The notes beneath the pieces were generated by a model. That model was given only the letters and a program-made list of their open reading frames with translations, had not been told where the DNA came from and made no database searches. A stretch of DNA of 64,000 nucleotides from NCBI RefSeq assembly GCF_963506605.1, contig NC_083277.1, positions 5,766,001 through 5,830,000 of the forward strand. The letters run 5' to 3'. Shown piece after piece: positions 28,628-40,709 of this stretch (the stretch's first letter is position 1; every line of letters begins with the position of its first letter). Source of the stretch: Zootoca vivipara (lineage: Eukaryota). The translations under genes were made by a program, and so were the position numbers.

Positions 28628-31250
28628 TATTATTTATACCCCGCTCATCTGGCCGGGTTTCTCCTGCCATTCTGGGCGGCTTCCAACAAACATTAGGTAA
28701 AGGGACCCCTGACCATTAGGTCCAGTCGTGACCAACTCCGGGGTTGCAGCGCTCATCTCGCATTATTGGCCGAGGGAGCTCGCGTACAACTTCCAGGTCA
28801 TGTGTCCAGCATGACAAAGCCGCTTCTGGCGAACCGGAGCAGCGCACGGAAACGCCGTTTACTTTCCCGCCTATTTATCTACTTGCACTTTGACGTGCTT
28901 TCGAACTGCTAGGTTGGCAGGAGCTGGGACCGAGCAACAGGAGCTCACCCCGCCGCGGGGATTTGAACCGCCGACCTTCTGATCGGCAAGCCCTAGGCCA
29001 GGGGTCTGCAACCTTTAAGACAAAAAGAGCCACTTGGACCCGTTTCCAAAGAAAACAAACAAACTGGGAGCCGCAAAACCATTGCGACATTTAAAACAAA
29101 TATAACACTGCATATATTGTTTCGTACCTTAGTGCTATATAATTCAGTGGGACTTACTTCTGAGAAACATGGTTAGGATCATTATCTACTGGCTTTTAGA
29201 CTTCTCAGATGTTCAAATGTAGTTACTGGCCAAAAAAAACCCTCTGTTTAAAAATGCCTATTTAAAAAAGCGAAAATATCTTTAGAAACATGTCTTTTTA
29301 AAAGAATATACATTTCAAAATGTGTGTTTTTTGGGTTTTTTGGGTTTTGGGGGCGGAGCCTTGTTGGCCCAGGCCAGTTGGCCTCGTTAGCAGGGCCGGT
29401 GCTAGGGTTTTTTGCGCCCTAGGCGAGATCACCTTCTGGCGCCCCCCCCCCCAGGTGGTGGACTCTCCTTCCGGGAAGGCTTTGAAGCAAAGGTTGGAGG
29501 ACCATTTGGATACGTTAGTTGAGATTCCTGCATTGCAGGGGGGTGGACTAGATGATCCCTGGGTGCCTTCCAATTCCACCCCATTCCATGATTCTATGAT
29601 GCCTCTCTTAGAGGGTGGGGTAAAGCCTGACCAGCCTCCCTCTTCGGCCTCCCCTCCTTACACCCCTATTGGCCGATCACTCCATGCCTATCAAGCAATT
29701 CCCCACATGGCATTGGCCCACTTTGTACAGACTAGGGATGGGAGGGAGGGGAAGAAACAGAGAAGGGGGCAAGGCTCCCCCCTCTCCCTCACAGTCTGTC
29801 TGTCTGTCTCTCTCTCTCACTCACTCACTCACACCCACACACACACACCTTCTCTTTCCTCAGCTAAGTTCTCCCTGTCCCAGCGGCGACGCACCCAGGA
29901 GACTCCGCTGAGGAACCAGGCACCCAAGGCTTGCTGGCTTGCCCAGCCGTCTCCGGCCCTGGCGCTTGGCAGCACGCCCTGGCAGGCAGGGCTGCCACTC
30001 CGTGCCCGCTGGCTCAGGCATAGGCTCTGTGCCCGGAGGGCTGCTGGGCGGGGCTCCTCGCTCGGCCGGTGCTTCCTTTTTAATTTTTTCTTTTCCCGGC
30101 GTTGTCGGGCGAGGGGCGGGCCAGCGAGGAGGGGCGTCACGCCAGTCAGCCACTAGCGTGGCGCCTCGCTAGCCCGCCCCTCGCCCGGCAACAGCGGGAG
30201 GAGAAAAAATAAAAGAGGAAGCTGCAGCCGGCAGCCTCGCTCAGCAGGCAAGCTTCCTTTTTTATTTTTTCTTCTCCCGACGTTGCCGGGCGAGGGGTGG
30301 GCCAGTGAGGAGGGGCGTCACGCCAGTCAGCCACTAGCGTGGCGCCTCGCTAACCCGCCCCTCGCCCGGCAACGGCGGGAGGAGAAAAAATAAAAGAGGA
30401 AGCTGCAGCCGGCATGGAGGCGAGGGGCGGGCCAGTTAGGAGGGAGGGGCGTCAGCGTCAGCCAGCCAATAACGCGCCGCCATGCTAGACTAGCCCGCCC
30501 CTCACCTCCTCCCAGGTCCCGCCCCCCAGCCCGGCAGCTTCAGAAAAAAAAGGAATCCACAGACGCGCCGGGGGAAAAAACCAAAAGAAAGGCGCACAGG
30601 GGCGCCGTGGGAGGGCGGCAGGTGACGGTGGTGTTAGTATCCGCCCCGGAGCCGCGGCAAAGGTGTAAAAGAGCCGCATGCGGCTCCGGAGCCGCGGGTT
30701 GCCGACCCCCGCCCTAGGCTCTGTGGTTTAACCCACAGCACCACCCGCGTCCCAACAAACATTAAAACACATTAAATCACAGATTAAAAACTTCCCTAAA
30801 CAGGGCTGCCTTTAGGTATTTTCTAAATGTCAGGTAGTTGTTTATCTCTCTGACCTCTGATGGGAGGGCGTTCCACAGGGTGGGTGCCACTACCGAGAAG
30901 GCCCTCTGCCCGGTTCCCTGTAACCTTGCTTCTCGCAGTGAGGGAACCGCCAGAAGGCCCTCGGCGCTGGATCTCAGTGTCCGGGCTGAACGATGGGGGT
31001 GGAGACGCTCCTTCAGGTATACAGGACCGAGGCCCTTTAGGGCTTTTAAGGTCAACACCAACACTTTGAATTGTGCTCAGAAACGTACTGGGAGCCAATG
31101 TAGGTCTTTCAGAACCGGTGTTACGTGGTCCCGGCGGCTGCTCCCAATTACCAGTCTGGCTGCTCTGGATTCCAGCAGTTCTGGATTAATTGGAGTTTCC
31201 GGGTCACCTTCAAAGGTAGCCCCACTAAAAGCACATTGCAGTAGTCCAAA
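28589..31250 (-). mobile_element. L2-like LINE 3' fragment hosting a nested Sauria SINE (28695-30753); copy at 40679-41352 with SINE 40778-41123
   Basis: (AAT)n tail; RAFSVVAPTLWNALP...TFRKYLKAALF; SINE TSD AACAAACATTA. Confidence 0.85.
28999..30711. mobile_element. Non-autonomous hAT element, 1713 bp, with captured/nested cargo (unit A only)
   Basis: TIR CAGGGGTCTGCAACC / CGGGGGTCGGCAACC, TSD CCCTAGGC; empty site at ~41084. Confidence 0.92.
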
Positions 31251-34200
31251 GAGGGAGAGGGGGCCTGGCAGAGCTTACTTTTTAGCATGTAAGGGGGATA
31301 TGAAGAATGGTGGTGATCTAATTTAACATTATGGTTGTTGCTGTTGTTTAGTCATGTCCGACTCTTCGTGACCCCATGGACCAGAGCACGCCAGGCACTC
31401 CTGTCTTCCACTGCCTCCCGCAGTTTGGTCACACTCATGTTGGTAGCTTCGAGAACATTCAGTATCATTATTAAAGTGCTCCAATTGGAGTACAGCCTTT
31501 ACGAAAGGTGTCATGGACTTTGAAGTGTGCCTTCCTCTTAGCACGTTTCTCCCTTGTGTCCTGAGTTCGGGTAAACCCTCACCGTGATCAACTCCTGCCC
31601 GGAAACCTATGTCCCCACTGTGGAAGGACATGTGGATCCAGAATTGGCCTCCACAGTCAAGGACTCACTTTTAAAACCATGTTGATGGAAGACATTTGTA
31701 TTGCAATATCAGCTCATGAAAAGTTGGCCACATGACGCGGAAAGCTGTGTGGCTCCCTCTGACTGAAGGCGGAGATATGTACCACACGCCATAGTTGAAT
31801 TCGGCTGGACTTGCCATGGGAAAGCAGAAGGGGCAACCAATGAACGGGGAGACAGCCAAAGAAACCTCCTCTCACCCTGCCAGTTCCATAACATAGCAAA
31901 GCCCAAGTTCAAACACCAGCCCCTATTTAAAAGAGGCACCCGTAATGACGACACTGGACTGCCCTTTAGGGTTGCCGTAAGTTACTCTCCAGGGATATGG
32001 GTAGCGCTGTGGTCTAAACCACAGAGCCTAGGGTTTGCCGATCAGGTCGGCGGTTCGAATTCCTGCAACAAAGTGAGCTCCCGTTGCTCGGTCCCTGCTC
32101 CTGCCAACGTAGCAGTTCGAAAGCACGACAAAGTGCAAGTAGATAAATAGGTACCGCTCCGGCGGGAAGGTAAACGCCATTTCCATGCGCTGCTCCGGTT
32201 CGCCAGAAGCGGCTTTGTCATGCTGGCCACATGACCTGGAAGCTGTATGCCAGTAAGGTGAGATGAGCGCCGCAACCCCAGAGTCGTCCGCGACTGGACC
32301 TAATGGTCAGGGGTCCCTTTTAAGTTACTCTCCAAGTCCCAAAAGCGCGTAGAAACTCCGGTCTACTTTGCAGGGCTGTTGTAACGGGGACACCCTACGC
32401 CACGGCCCTTCCTCCCCCACATTGTGAAATGGGTGTGAAAATGACCGGATCCCCATACCCCCCTCTCCCGGGCAAGGGATTGAAAGAGTTAAAGGGGGGG
32501 AATGTAACCTTCGTGCCCTGGAGGGCTTTTTCGGAGGTTTTTTTTTCTGGGGGGGTCTCTTTCCCTGCCGTCTCCGAGGATTGAACCTGGGACCTTCTCA
32601 GGGAAAAAAGCAGGATAACGGACCTTGTTTGGAAGGAGGAGAATTTGTGTGTTCTGGGAGGGAGGTGCCACCCATTCCTCCCCATGGGCCAGTGAGCTCC
32701 GCTTCCTAGAGAGGCAGGGAGGTTTGGAGGGGGTAGCCAAGGTTGGAGAGGGAGGGGCCGCCGTATACATTCCCAGAAGAGGAGCAGATCTGCAGAGGAG
32801 GAGGAAAAAGAGGTGCAATATATATATATATTGTGGGGAGGGGCGGGGGGGAGAAGGATGTGCTTTTCCTCCCCCTGAATCTGCAAACAGGGCAGCTGGG
32901 AAGGGGGGGCAGGCTTTTGGTCGAGGGGGGAGGAATGAAAGGAAGTGTGGGAGTGTTCCCCCTCCCCCTTCTTTCTGCGGATCAGTCGAGCGGGGGGTGG
33001 GGGAGGCTGATTTAGGCACTGCTTATTTAGTCCCAGAGGGGGCCCGTCCTTGTAGAGCCCCCCCCCCAAGCCCTTTGTATTGCAGGAAAGGAAATCGGAA
33101 TAGAATAGCGAGCGATGGAAGCGGAGGGCCGGAGAGGACAAAGAGGTGGAGCTGCGGGGTGGGGGGAGGAGGTTGCGATGGGCGGGGAGAGAAAGGGGGC
33201 AGAGACCCCCCCAGAAGAACAACTCACTTCGGGACGCTATCTGCAGAACCACCCTCACCCCAATACATGCAATCCGGCTGCAGATCGGAGACCCTCCATT
33301 CGCAAGGGTTTGCATTGCAAGATCTCCTTTGCAGCGCCCCATCCGCTTGAGAGTCAAGAGAGGCTCAGCTGTCCTGCCCCCCCCCGTGCTTCTGCGGGAA
33401 TTAAATGGGAGGTCCTCCCAAGGGCTGCTACTTCAACCGAGGCCCCAGTTCCGCGCCCCTCTGCGAGTTCCGGGTTGTCCCTGGCAGGAATCCCTAGGGC
33501 GCCGCGATCCTGGCTCCCCCCCCCCTGCAGGTCCCAAGGGGTGCCTTGATGGGTCCCCTTTGGGTGGAGATTCAGAGAGAGGGGGTCCATGGAAGGGTTA
33601 AAGGGGGCGAGAGAGGCCTGGATAGAGACCCCCGTCTCATTCCCTCCCCGGCTCATCTGGCGAGGCCCCTCCGGATGGAAAGGTGGGAGCGCTTGGGAGC
33701 AATTTGGGGTAACCGGCGGGGGGGGGGCTCTGGGCAAAGGGGACCCTCAGGGGCGGAGGCAGGAGGGCAGAGGAAGTTAGGGGGCTGAGGGAAGGGAGGG
33801 AAGCATCCCTGGGGGAGGAATCGAAGCCATCTTAGAGAAAGAGAGAGAGACTTGGGGGCTGCCTGCCTTCACTTCTCCCTTCTGCCCAGGAATCTGCCAT
33901 GACTTCAAGTCGACCAGGGAGAGATCCCTGAACAGGAGGCCTGACCCACCCACCCTCTCCTCCCTTGAAGCTCAGTCCTTGCCCTGCCATAAGTCTCCAG
34001 TGCTGTCAACCTTCCCCTTTTTTTGTGGGAAATTCCCTCATTCAGCCCCCTACTTTCATATCCGACAGTTGACCACCCAATAGGATTCCTCATTCCCAAA
34101 ACCGAGGGGTTGACAGCTGTGTAAAGTCTCAGATCAGCTGCTGCATAGAGCGCTGGGGGCTGTTATAGCGAGTCAAAACATTGGGGGAAAGAGGAAAGGG

Positions 34201-34802
34201 AGGGCACCAACTTTATTATTTCCGCCCTTTGAGGCTTTTGTCTTGTCAGCAACAGTCTCTCCCACAAGCCAGTGTCTCTGTGGAGAAACATCCTACCCAG
34301 AGATAACTGTGCCCAACTCCTTCTCTCCATTCCACCAGGTTTCCATTATTCCCGCTATATCAGATCTCTTTAATCTGTGCGATTTAAGGGATTGGGAAGA
34401 TTGCTATGGAAATGGGTGGGGTTCCCCCCCCCCGCCTGTGTCATTATTACTACAATTGTTATTTTTATTTATTTATTGAATCTATTAGTTGCTTTCTCTT
34501 GCCCACGGCAGCTCAAAGTGACTTACAACCAATTGTTGATGTTGTTGTCAAACTCTGCCCTCCAGATGTTTTGAAACTACAATTCCCATCATCCCTGACC
34601 ACTGGTCCTGCTGGCTAGGGATCATGGGAATTGTAGGCCAAAAACATCTGGAGGGCCGCGTTTGAGGAAGCCTGCTCTACCCTCTCATCCAGTGGAAGGT
34701 GCTGTCCCATTGCCAGTGTCCTAGAGACAATGCAGCAGCCTTGGGAAGTAAATGGTGCAGGGTGATTTGGGAATGTGTGCAGTTGGACTATATCACGAAG
34801 AT

Positions 34803-34892
34803 CTTCTGTTTCAGTGTACCTGAAGAAGTGTAATACACACGAAAGCTCATACCAGTGACAAACTTAGTTGGTCTCTAAGGAGCTACTGGAAG
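34803..34892 (+). mobile_element. Penelope-like terminal fragment with minimal hammerhead core (copies ~23003-23058, 44693-44782; degenerate relative ~55350-55445)
   Basis: CTGAAGA-AGTGT..ACAC-GAAAGCTCATAC followed by ttagttggtctctaagg..ctactgga. Confidence 0.65.
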
Positions 34893-35447
34893 GATTTTTT
34901 TTTTTATCCAGACCAAGCATCCCCAAACTTTTGCCCTCCAGATGTTTTGGACTACAATTCCCATCTTCCCTGACCACTGGTCCTGTTAGCTAGGGATCAT
35001 GGGAGTTGTAGGCCAAAACATCTGGAGGGCCGCAGTTTGGGGATGCCTGTCCTAGACCCTAACACTATAAATCCAATGTGCCCACACTCAGCAGGGGTGG
35101 AGGATTATTGTGCCAAGGATGAAGAATTTCATGGTGAATTTAGGACCCTGATGAATGGTGGGCAGGTTCATAGACATAGAACAGCTTCCTTTCCTATGAG
35201 AAACCACTTTTCATAAAAAGTAAACCCCACAGTTCAACTGTATTCTGAGATAATGCTGCTTCATTAACGTTGATTGAGGGTTATGAAAGGCTGATGATGC
35301 ATGACCATAATTTGACCTTATTTCATTTGCCTTTAATAAAAAATTGTAACATATGGAGGACAGGAGATAATATACAATATGTTAAAATAAGAAGGTGCTA
35401 ATTGATGTGTGTAATATTCCTTTGTTCTCATCCTACAAAACAAATAG

Positions 35448-38117
35448 GATTTTCTCTCCCCACCCCACCGCTGGTCGAAAGAAGACAATGGAGAGGGCAG
35501 TCAAAATTCTGGTGGGCCAAATCCAATGGGAATAACGAAGAAATCATTTAAATGCATGGAGTGTGAAAAGAAAGAGGATAAACAATTTGAAAGCATGGAG
35601 TGTGGAAAGAGCATCACTGACAGTGGAACACTTAGGAAACATCAACAGACTCACACAGGAGAGAAACCATTTCAATGCATGGATTGTGGAAAGAGCTTCA
35701 GGCGGACTGGAAGCCTTAGAAGACATCAACAGACTCACACAGGGGAGAAACCATTTCAATGCATGGAGTGTGGAAAGAGCTACAGTCGGAGTGAAGAACT
35801 TAGAATTCATCAACGGAGTCACACAGGAGAGAAACCATTTGAATGCATGGAGTGTGGAAAGAGCTTCAGTCACAGTGGAAACCTTAGAAAACATCAACGG
35901 ACCCACACTGGGGAAAAACCATTTCAATGCATGGAATGTGGAAAGAGCTTCACTGAGAGTGGAACACTTAGAATTCATCAACGGATTCACACAGGGGAGA
36001 AACCATTTCAATGCATGGAGTGTGGAAAGAGCTTCAGTCGGAGTGGAACACTTAGAATTCATCAACGGCGTCACACAGGAGAGAAACCATTTAAATGCAT
36101 GGAGTGTGGAAAGAGCTTCAGTCGGAGTGGACACCTTAGAAACCATCATCTAACTCACACGGGGGAGAAACCATTTGCATGCATGGAGTGTGGCAAGAGC
36201 TTTACTTGCAGTGGAACACTTAAAATTCATCAATGGACTCACACAGGGGAGAAACCATTTCAATGCATGGAGTGTGGAAAGAGCTTCACTTGCAGTAAAA
36301 CACTTAGAATTCATAAACGGACTCACACAGGGGAGACACCATTTAAATGCATGGAGTGTGGAAAGAGCTTCACTTGCAGTAAAACACTTAGAATCCATAA
36401 ACGGACTCACACAGGGGAGAAACCATTTAAATGCATGGAGTGTGGAAAGAGCTTCAGTGACAGTGGAAACCTTAGAATTCATCAACGGACCCACACTGGG
36501 GAAAAACCATTTGAATGCATGGAGTGTGGAAAGAGCTTCATTTCTGGTGGAACACTTAGAATTCATCAACAGACACACACAGGGGAGAAACCATTTAAAT
36601 GCATGGAGTGTGGAAAGAGCTTCAGTAGGAGTGGAAACCTTAGAAGACATAAATGGACACACACTGGGGAAAAACCATTTAAATGCATGGAATGTGGAAA
36701 TAGCTTCACTGAGAGTGGAACACTTAGAATTCATCAACGGACTCACACAGGGGAGAAACCATTTCAATGCATGGAGTGTCGAAAGAGCTTCAGTCGGAGT
36801 GGAGAACTTACAATTCATCAACGGAGTCACACAGGAGAGAAACCATTTCAATGCATGGAGTGTGGAAAGAGTTTCATTCGGAGTGGAGAACTTAGAAAAC
36901 ATCAACAGACTCACACAGGAGAGAGACCATTTAAATGCATGGAGTGTGGAAAGAGCTTCAGTACGAGTTGGAAGCTGAATTTACATCACCTAACTCACAC
37001 TGGGGGGAAACCATTTAAATGCATGGAATGTGGAAAGAGCTTCACTGAGAGTGGAACACTTAGAATTCATCAACGGACTCACACAGGGGAGAAACCATTT
37101 AAATGCATGGAGTGTGCAAAGAGCTTCAGTCAGAGTGGACTCCTTAGAAACCATCAACGGATTCACACAGGGGAGAAACCATTTAAATGCATGGAGTGTG
37201 GAAAGAGCTTCACTTATAGTGGAACACTTAGAAGACATCATCTAACTCACACAGGAGAGAAACCATTTGAATGCATGGAGTGTGGAAAGAGCTTCACTTG
37301 CGGTAGAACACTTAGAAGACATCATGGAACTCACACAGGAGAGAAACCATTTAAATGCATGGAGTGTGGAAAGTGCTTCAGTCAGCGTGGACACCTTAGA
37401 AGACATCAACGGAGTCACACAGGAGATAAACCATTTAAATGCATAGAATGTGGAAAGTGCTTCAGTACGAGTTGGAAGCTGAATTTACATCATCGAACTC
37501 ACACAGGAGAGAAACCATTTCAATGCATGGAGTGTGGAAAGTGCTTCAGTCATAGTGGACACCTTAGAATACATCAACGGAGTCACACAGGAGAGAAACC
37601 ATTTAAATGCATGGAATGTGGAAAGTGCTTCAGTAGGAGTGGGAAGCTGAATATACATCATCGAACTCACACGGGGGAAAAACCATTTAAATGCATGGAG
37701 TGTGGAAAGAGTTTCTCTGACAGTGGAGACCTTAGACAACACCAACGGACTCACACTGGGGAGAAACCAATTAAATGCATGGAGTGTGGAAAGTGCTTCA
37801 GTCATAGTGGACACCTTAGAAGACATCAACAGAGTCACACAGGAGAAAAACCATTTAAATGCATGGAATGTGGAAAGTGCTTCAGTAGGAGTGGGAAGCT
37901 GAATTTACATCATCAAACACACACAGGAGAGAAACCATTTAAATGCATGGAGTGTGGAAAGTGCTTCTGTAGGAGTGGGCAACTGAATTCACATCATCGA
38001 ACACACACAGGAGAGAAACCATTTAAATGCATGGAGTGTGGAATGAGCTTCACTGAGAGTGGAGTTCTTACAGAACATCAACAAACTCATACAGAGGAGA
38101 AGCCATGTAAGTCCTAG
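35448..38117 (+). CDS. G4: tandem C2H2 zinc-finger exon, 30 fingers, no KRAB found
   Basis: ORF 35526..38117 (863 aa); same acceptor context as G3. Confidence 0.88.
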   Translation, partial: DFLSPPHRWSKEDNGEGSQNSGGPNPMGITKKSFKCMECEKKEDKQFESMECGKSITDSGTLRKHQQTHTGEKPFQCMDCGKSFRRTGSLRRHQQTHTGEKPFQCMECGKSYSRSEELRIHQRSHTGEKPFECMECGKSFSHSGNLRKHQRTHTGEKPFQCMECGKSFTESGTLRIHQRIHTGEKPFQCMECGKSFSRSGTLRIHQRRHTGEKPFKCMECGKSFSRSGHLRNHHLTHTGEKPFACMECGKSFTCSGTLKIHQWTHTGEKPFQCMECGKSFTCSKTLRIHKRTHTGETPFKCMECGKSFTCSKTLRIHKRTHTGEKPFKCMECGKSFSDSGNLRIHQRTHTGEKPFECMECGKSFISGGTLRIHQQTHTGEKPFKCMECGKSFSRSGNLRRHKWTHTGEKPFKCMECGNSFTESGTLRIHQRTHTGEKPFQCMECRKSFSRSGELTIHQRSHTGEKPFQCMECGKSFIRSGELRKHQQTHTGERPFKCMECGKSFSTSWKLNLHHLTHTGGKPFKCMECGKSFTESGTLRIHQRTHTGEKPFKCMECAKSFSQSGLLRNHQRIHTGEKPFKCMECGKSFTYSGTLRRHHLTHTGEKPFECMECGKSFTCGRTLRRHHGTHTGEKPFKCMECGKCFSQRGHLRRHQRSHTGDKPFKCIECGKCFSTSWKLNLHHRTHTGEKPFQCMECGKCFSHSGHLRIHQRSHTGEKPFKCMECGKCFSRSGKLNIHHRTHTGEKPFKCMECGKSFSDSGDLRQHQRTHTGEKPIKCMECGKCFSHSGHLRRHQQSHTGEKPFKCMECGKCFSRSGKLNLHHQTHTGEKPFKCMECGKCFCRSGQLNSHHRTHTGEKPFKCMECGMSFTESGVLTEHQQTHTEEKPCKS

Positions 38118-39083
38118 GGAAGTGGACAGAGGTTCTGTTGAAGTGGAAGTCTTACAAACCATCAAAAGACTCTGAGGGGTAAGAGCTGTAAGAGTGGAAA
38201 CTGTGCAAGCCATCAATTAACCCAAAGAAGAGAAATGGTTTAAATAGGAGGAGTGTGGATTCTGCTTTGGTTATTATGGAATGCTTTTTGGAGTGTCGAA
38301 CCTGTTTCTCTCCGAGTTAACACTTTCTCTCACATCAATAACAGGAAATCAATCTTAAATGCATGCAGCCTATGTAATCTCAAGGTACCAACGGTAAAGG
38401 AATGACAGAACAAGCTATTAGAATACGCGGAAATGGCTCAACTGACACACAACCTAAGGGGTAATACAAAACAAGAATTTGCAACAAAAAAAGGGGGGGG
38501 GGATATGTTTAAGAGATATCTACAAGCAAGTAATAGTGATGTAACTACCATGGCAGTACTAGATTGACTCATGTGGATATTAGACGAATTACCATTAGGA
38601 AATTTATGGTATTATGAGAAAATACTTGAAATGATAATAAGATTAAGGGAAGAAAAGTAAGTGCATTCATTTCTATAATCGCAATGTGCTTTGGGTGATG
38701 ACGGGAAGTCAATAGATTTTCGTTCATTTATTATTATATATATGCTTTATTATTCTTTCTTATTTCCTGTTTATCTTATTTTTAGTTGACACTCTTAGGT
38801 CTAGGAAATTGGTGAAGGTAGTTAATATAAGGAAAAGAAATGACAAGTATGTATCACCAATGTTGAAATGGATGTTTATTGGACCAGATGATATAACGTA
38901 CATGTATACAAGATTGTACTGTCTAATACAATAAATTAAAAATCCCCCCCCCCAAAAAAAAGTTAACTGAGGTAACTGCCAGAAGACCCTCGGAAGTGGA
39001 CCTCAGTGATGGGGAGATATTTTCTTTTCCTTGTGTTAGATGGATGTTGAAACAAGGTGTGATTGACAAGGGTATGTCTGGAT

Positions 39084-39173
39084 CATAGCTGCCAAGTTTT
39101 CCCTTTTCTCGCGAGGAAGCCTATTCAGCATAATGGAAAATCCCTTTAAAAAAGGGATAACTTGGCAGCTATG
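39084..39173. mobile_element. 90-bp hAT-type MITE (also 48952-49041; absent in unit A)
   Basis: TIR CATAGCTGCCAAGTTTTCCCTTT, 8-bp TSD GTCTGGAT; empty site at ~27181. Confidence 0.92.
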
Positions 39174-40678
39174 GTCTGGATCACAGATTTTTGCACAATA
39201 CCACTCCTCTTCTGTAACACACCTGTGATGTTTTGATGACACTGTGAGAAATGTGTTGTGGGAACTTTTAAAAACTCGTGTAATCTTTGTCTTAAGCGTT
39301 TTCCTTTTTTGCTATCCTTAGAGATTGAGAAGTTTCTGGCAACAAATAAATGATCAGGCCTTCTGGCCACTAATTTGCCTCCTCGATGCTTGGTTGTGTT
39401 CTTGCCTTTTCTGATCAATCCAGCACCCGCCGGGCTAGACTCCAGCGAAGTTGGAAAGCGCTTTAGATACCAAACCCCATTTTCTCCCCATAACACAGAA
39501 GTCAGAGAGTCCAGCCTGCTGCTCAATGTGCCCCAATCCATAAAACAGTGTTGGAGAGGATGCGTCTAAGACTATGTCTTTCTTCCTTGGTGGGGAGAAG
39601 ATAGTTGTCCCCAGGTGACTGCTAAGTGTCCTAGTAGTGTTGCTTGGGTGGGGGGAGCACTCTTCTCTGGTTCCTCTCAGGCAGCAAATGTCTTCGGCTC
39701 CCCCCTCCCACAAGGCTGGCTCCATCTTTGCACTCCAAAAAGGGAGGCGTCTCACCCCCCCCATCAGCCCTCCTTCCACTCTTCTGATCCACAGACGGAA
39801 CAAGGCAGGGGGAGGAATGAGTGGCAAAAAGGGGTTCTTTCTCTATCCCACCCCCCAAAACATAATTTCCTTTCCCTCCAAACAAGCTCTATAATTCCAT
39901 TTCTTTCCTGAAAAGGTCTCAGGTTCCATCCCCGGCAGCGGCAGGGAAAAGAACCCCCATCTCTAAAAAGACTCCTCCTCGGAGCATGAAGGTTGCACAG
40001 CTAGACACTCCCGCCCCTCTGGAGTTACCCCCTCCTGCCCCCATTTCAGGTCTCTGCTATGGGGTGCAGGCCCCCTCAGAACTCGCATCAGGACCCCGTA
40101 ATGCAAGTCATCCATATATCTCCTCCTCCAGCAACTCCCCCAGTAAATTGGCAGGGTGGTGGTATCCCGGACGGAGCCCCAAAGAGCAAGAGGCAAAAGG
40201 CAGCTCCTTCACGTCCGCTTCACACATGGGGAGGGCTGCTCTAAGGAGTGGCGTAGCAAGGTCAGGTAGTACCCGGTACGAATTTTTTTTTGCCACCCCC
40301 CCCCCCAAATACATTGAAATTATTAAAAGAAGGCTAAATAAGATGCTTACATTTGCAAGTGTTTTTTCTGGTTTATTTTCTTTGAGAACAAGCACTTAAA
40401 ATCTTTTTTTCCTCTGCAAATTTTGAAATCACATCAACTCCCAGACTTGGTGGAGCTAGAATAAAACCCAGCCCCCCCCAGCTGGACTCCGCCCATGGAA
40501 ACAGTGAATATGTGTGCTGCCTTCTTCCTGAAGCCTCTCTTTTAAATCTAGGTTACCTCTTAAAAGAAATTTGGAATGAGCATACGAATCGATTTGTAAC
40601 TGACGAGACAATATATATATATACTCTCTAGTTGCTAAAACTGAAATTGGCACAGGATCGTGTTTTTTTTAACATACC

Positions 40679-40709
<31 letters not shown>

